Source of the DNA: a virus
Reading direction: 5' to 3' (one strand)
Length of the DNA stretch: 64,000 nt
Virus record (IMG/VR): IMGVR_UViG_3300048548_000653
Span: 12,978 to 76,977 of that record
Shown: positions 63,162 through 64,000 of the stretch, piece after piece
How positions within the stretch are numbered: the stretch's first letter is position 1
Layout: the number at the start of each line of letters is the position of its first letter
Notes under the pieces: model-generated
What the model saw: only the letters and a program-made list of their open reading frames with translations
Databases searched by the model: none
What the model was told of the DNA's origin: nothing
Made by a program: the position numbers and the translations under genes

Positions 63162-63692
63162 TTAAAAAAACTGTGCTATTGTTTGCTTGGCGGCTGCTTC
63201 AATTGCTAGATCCCATTGGGTCATACCATTGTAGTCAAATACCGTGTGCTTGCTTAATTCAACACTCAACCAACTTGCACTGTTCATTTCATTTTGTAAT
63301 TGTTGGTTGTGCCATACAGCAACACCTGCACAGAATTTATATCCTCTAGGGGCATCGCCCATAGCAAATCTTTTCAGCATTAGATCATCTGATGTTACAG
63401 CATACTTGCCGCCTACTCTAAACGTGCTGGTGCTGTGCCACTCTTTGGTGTGCAACATTATGATTGAATTCTTGCTAACAGGACCACCTGCATACACAGG
63501 TTCTATGCCCTTGGGTACGGCTGCACCTACTCTAGTCAACAAATCTTGTGTGTTAAAGTTGCTTTTACGATTAACAACAACGCCTGTGGTTTGTATATCG
63601 TTTTGCTCGAACACAAACACCACAGAGTTTTTAAAATAAGGATCTTGTACACTTGGTCTAGCTACCAAACATTTTGCTACGTAATTTTCCAT
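63162..63692 (-). CDS. YqgE/AlgH (DUF179) family protein
   Basis: LVARP..DPYFKNSVV, GVVVNR, VYAGGPV, G.AVW..QLQNE..SW. Confidence 0.85.
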   Translation of the reverse strand: MENYVAKCLVARPSVQDPYFKNSVVFVFEQNDIQTTGVVVNRKSNFNTQDLLTRVGAAVPKGIEPVYAGGPVSKNSIIMLHTKEWHSTSTFRVGGKYAVTSDDLMLKRFAMGDAPRGYKFCAGVAVWHNQQLQNEMNSASWLSVELSKHTVFDYNGMTQWDLAIEAAAKQTIAQFF

Positions 63693-64000
63693 TATGCGAC
63701 AGTTGTACCTTTGCCAGTGTTGAATGCTTGTGCTATTCTCTGTGGAGGGCTGCCTGTGCCACCTGCACCCCACATAACACCACCGCCTTGGCTTGCACCT
63801 ACGAGATCAACGTGTATGCCCACTGAATTCATATAACCTGGAGCTGCTCCTAAACCTCTAGCTCCTGCACGTTTACAAGCTGCCACAAAGTCAACCACCC
63901 TAGGATCATCACCTTTGGTGTTCAGCATATTGCCTTTTTCATCGAACAAATACACATCTGCTGCATTGCCCCCATCGTGTCGTGTGCTTCCTGTGCGTCT
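63692..64000 (-). CDS. C-terminus of a protein with an M15/LAS-type metallopeptidase domain (partial)
   Basis: GSTRHDGGNAAD and GIHVD; frame is open to the window edge. Confidence 0.7.
   Translation of the reverse strand, partial: RRTGSTRHDGGNAADVYLFDEKGNMLNTKGDDPRVVDFVAACKRAGARGLGAAPGYMNSVGIHVDLVGASQGGGVMWGAGGTGSPPQRIAQAFNTGKGTTVA

Noticed and set aside
3633-63836. Numerous 60-140 aa antisense or nested ORFs in the track (e.g. 4476..4793, 7172..7561, 21212..21625, 36522..36875, 40911..41330, 63244..63639)
   Set aside because: They are shadows of well-supported genes, with no RBS or recognisable motifs.
1-64000. CRISPR array or long tandem DNA repeats
   Set aside because: No regularly spaced direct repeats were seen by eye; curlin repeats are degenerate at the DNA level.
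1-64000. Stop-codon reassignment
   Set aside because: Conserved genes (nrdA, nrdB, hemA, guaC) are full length in the standard code, and TAA, TAG and TGA all serve as stops.

Overview
This 64 kb window is AT-rich, gene-dense DNA from a large (jumbo/T4-like) tailed phage. Phage evidence: T4-type TA(TA)AATA late promoters, sigma70-type early promoters, nrdA/nrdB/glutaredoxin, a PAAR-like spike tip, a beta-helix tail protein, a free-standing GIY-YIG homing endonuclease and many small hypothetical genes. The host is probably a marine alphaproteobacterium (Rhodobacterales/Roseobacter-like), judged from a permuted two-piece tmRNA with tag ANDNRAPAMAIAA, 5-aminolevulinate synthase, pseudoazurin and an alphaproteobacterial-type ATP synthase c subunit. 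The window is mostly host-takeover and auxiliary genes. (1) A curli (type VIII) secretion module (CsgF, CsgG, two curlin-repeat proteins) is linked to a FecR-domain protein, outer-membrane barrels and a CHASE2 adenylate cyclase. (2) A bS21-guaC-hsp20 (ROSE thermometer)-clpS-hemO-pcyX run. (3) Envelope and respiratory genes (porin, pseudoazurin, DoxX, Cox subunit IV-like). (4) tmRNA and yhhQ. (5) DUF1127 small proteins with an AtpE that lacks the F1-coupling loop. (6) hemA plus an NDP-sugar/sulfotransferase island. The most striking observations are the curli-FecR-cyclase module, the loop-altered c subunit, and a likely programmed -1 frameshift at A AAA AAG near 41680. All calls come from motif reading only; no database searches were run.
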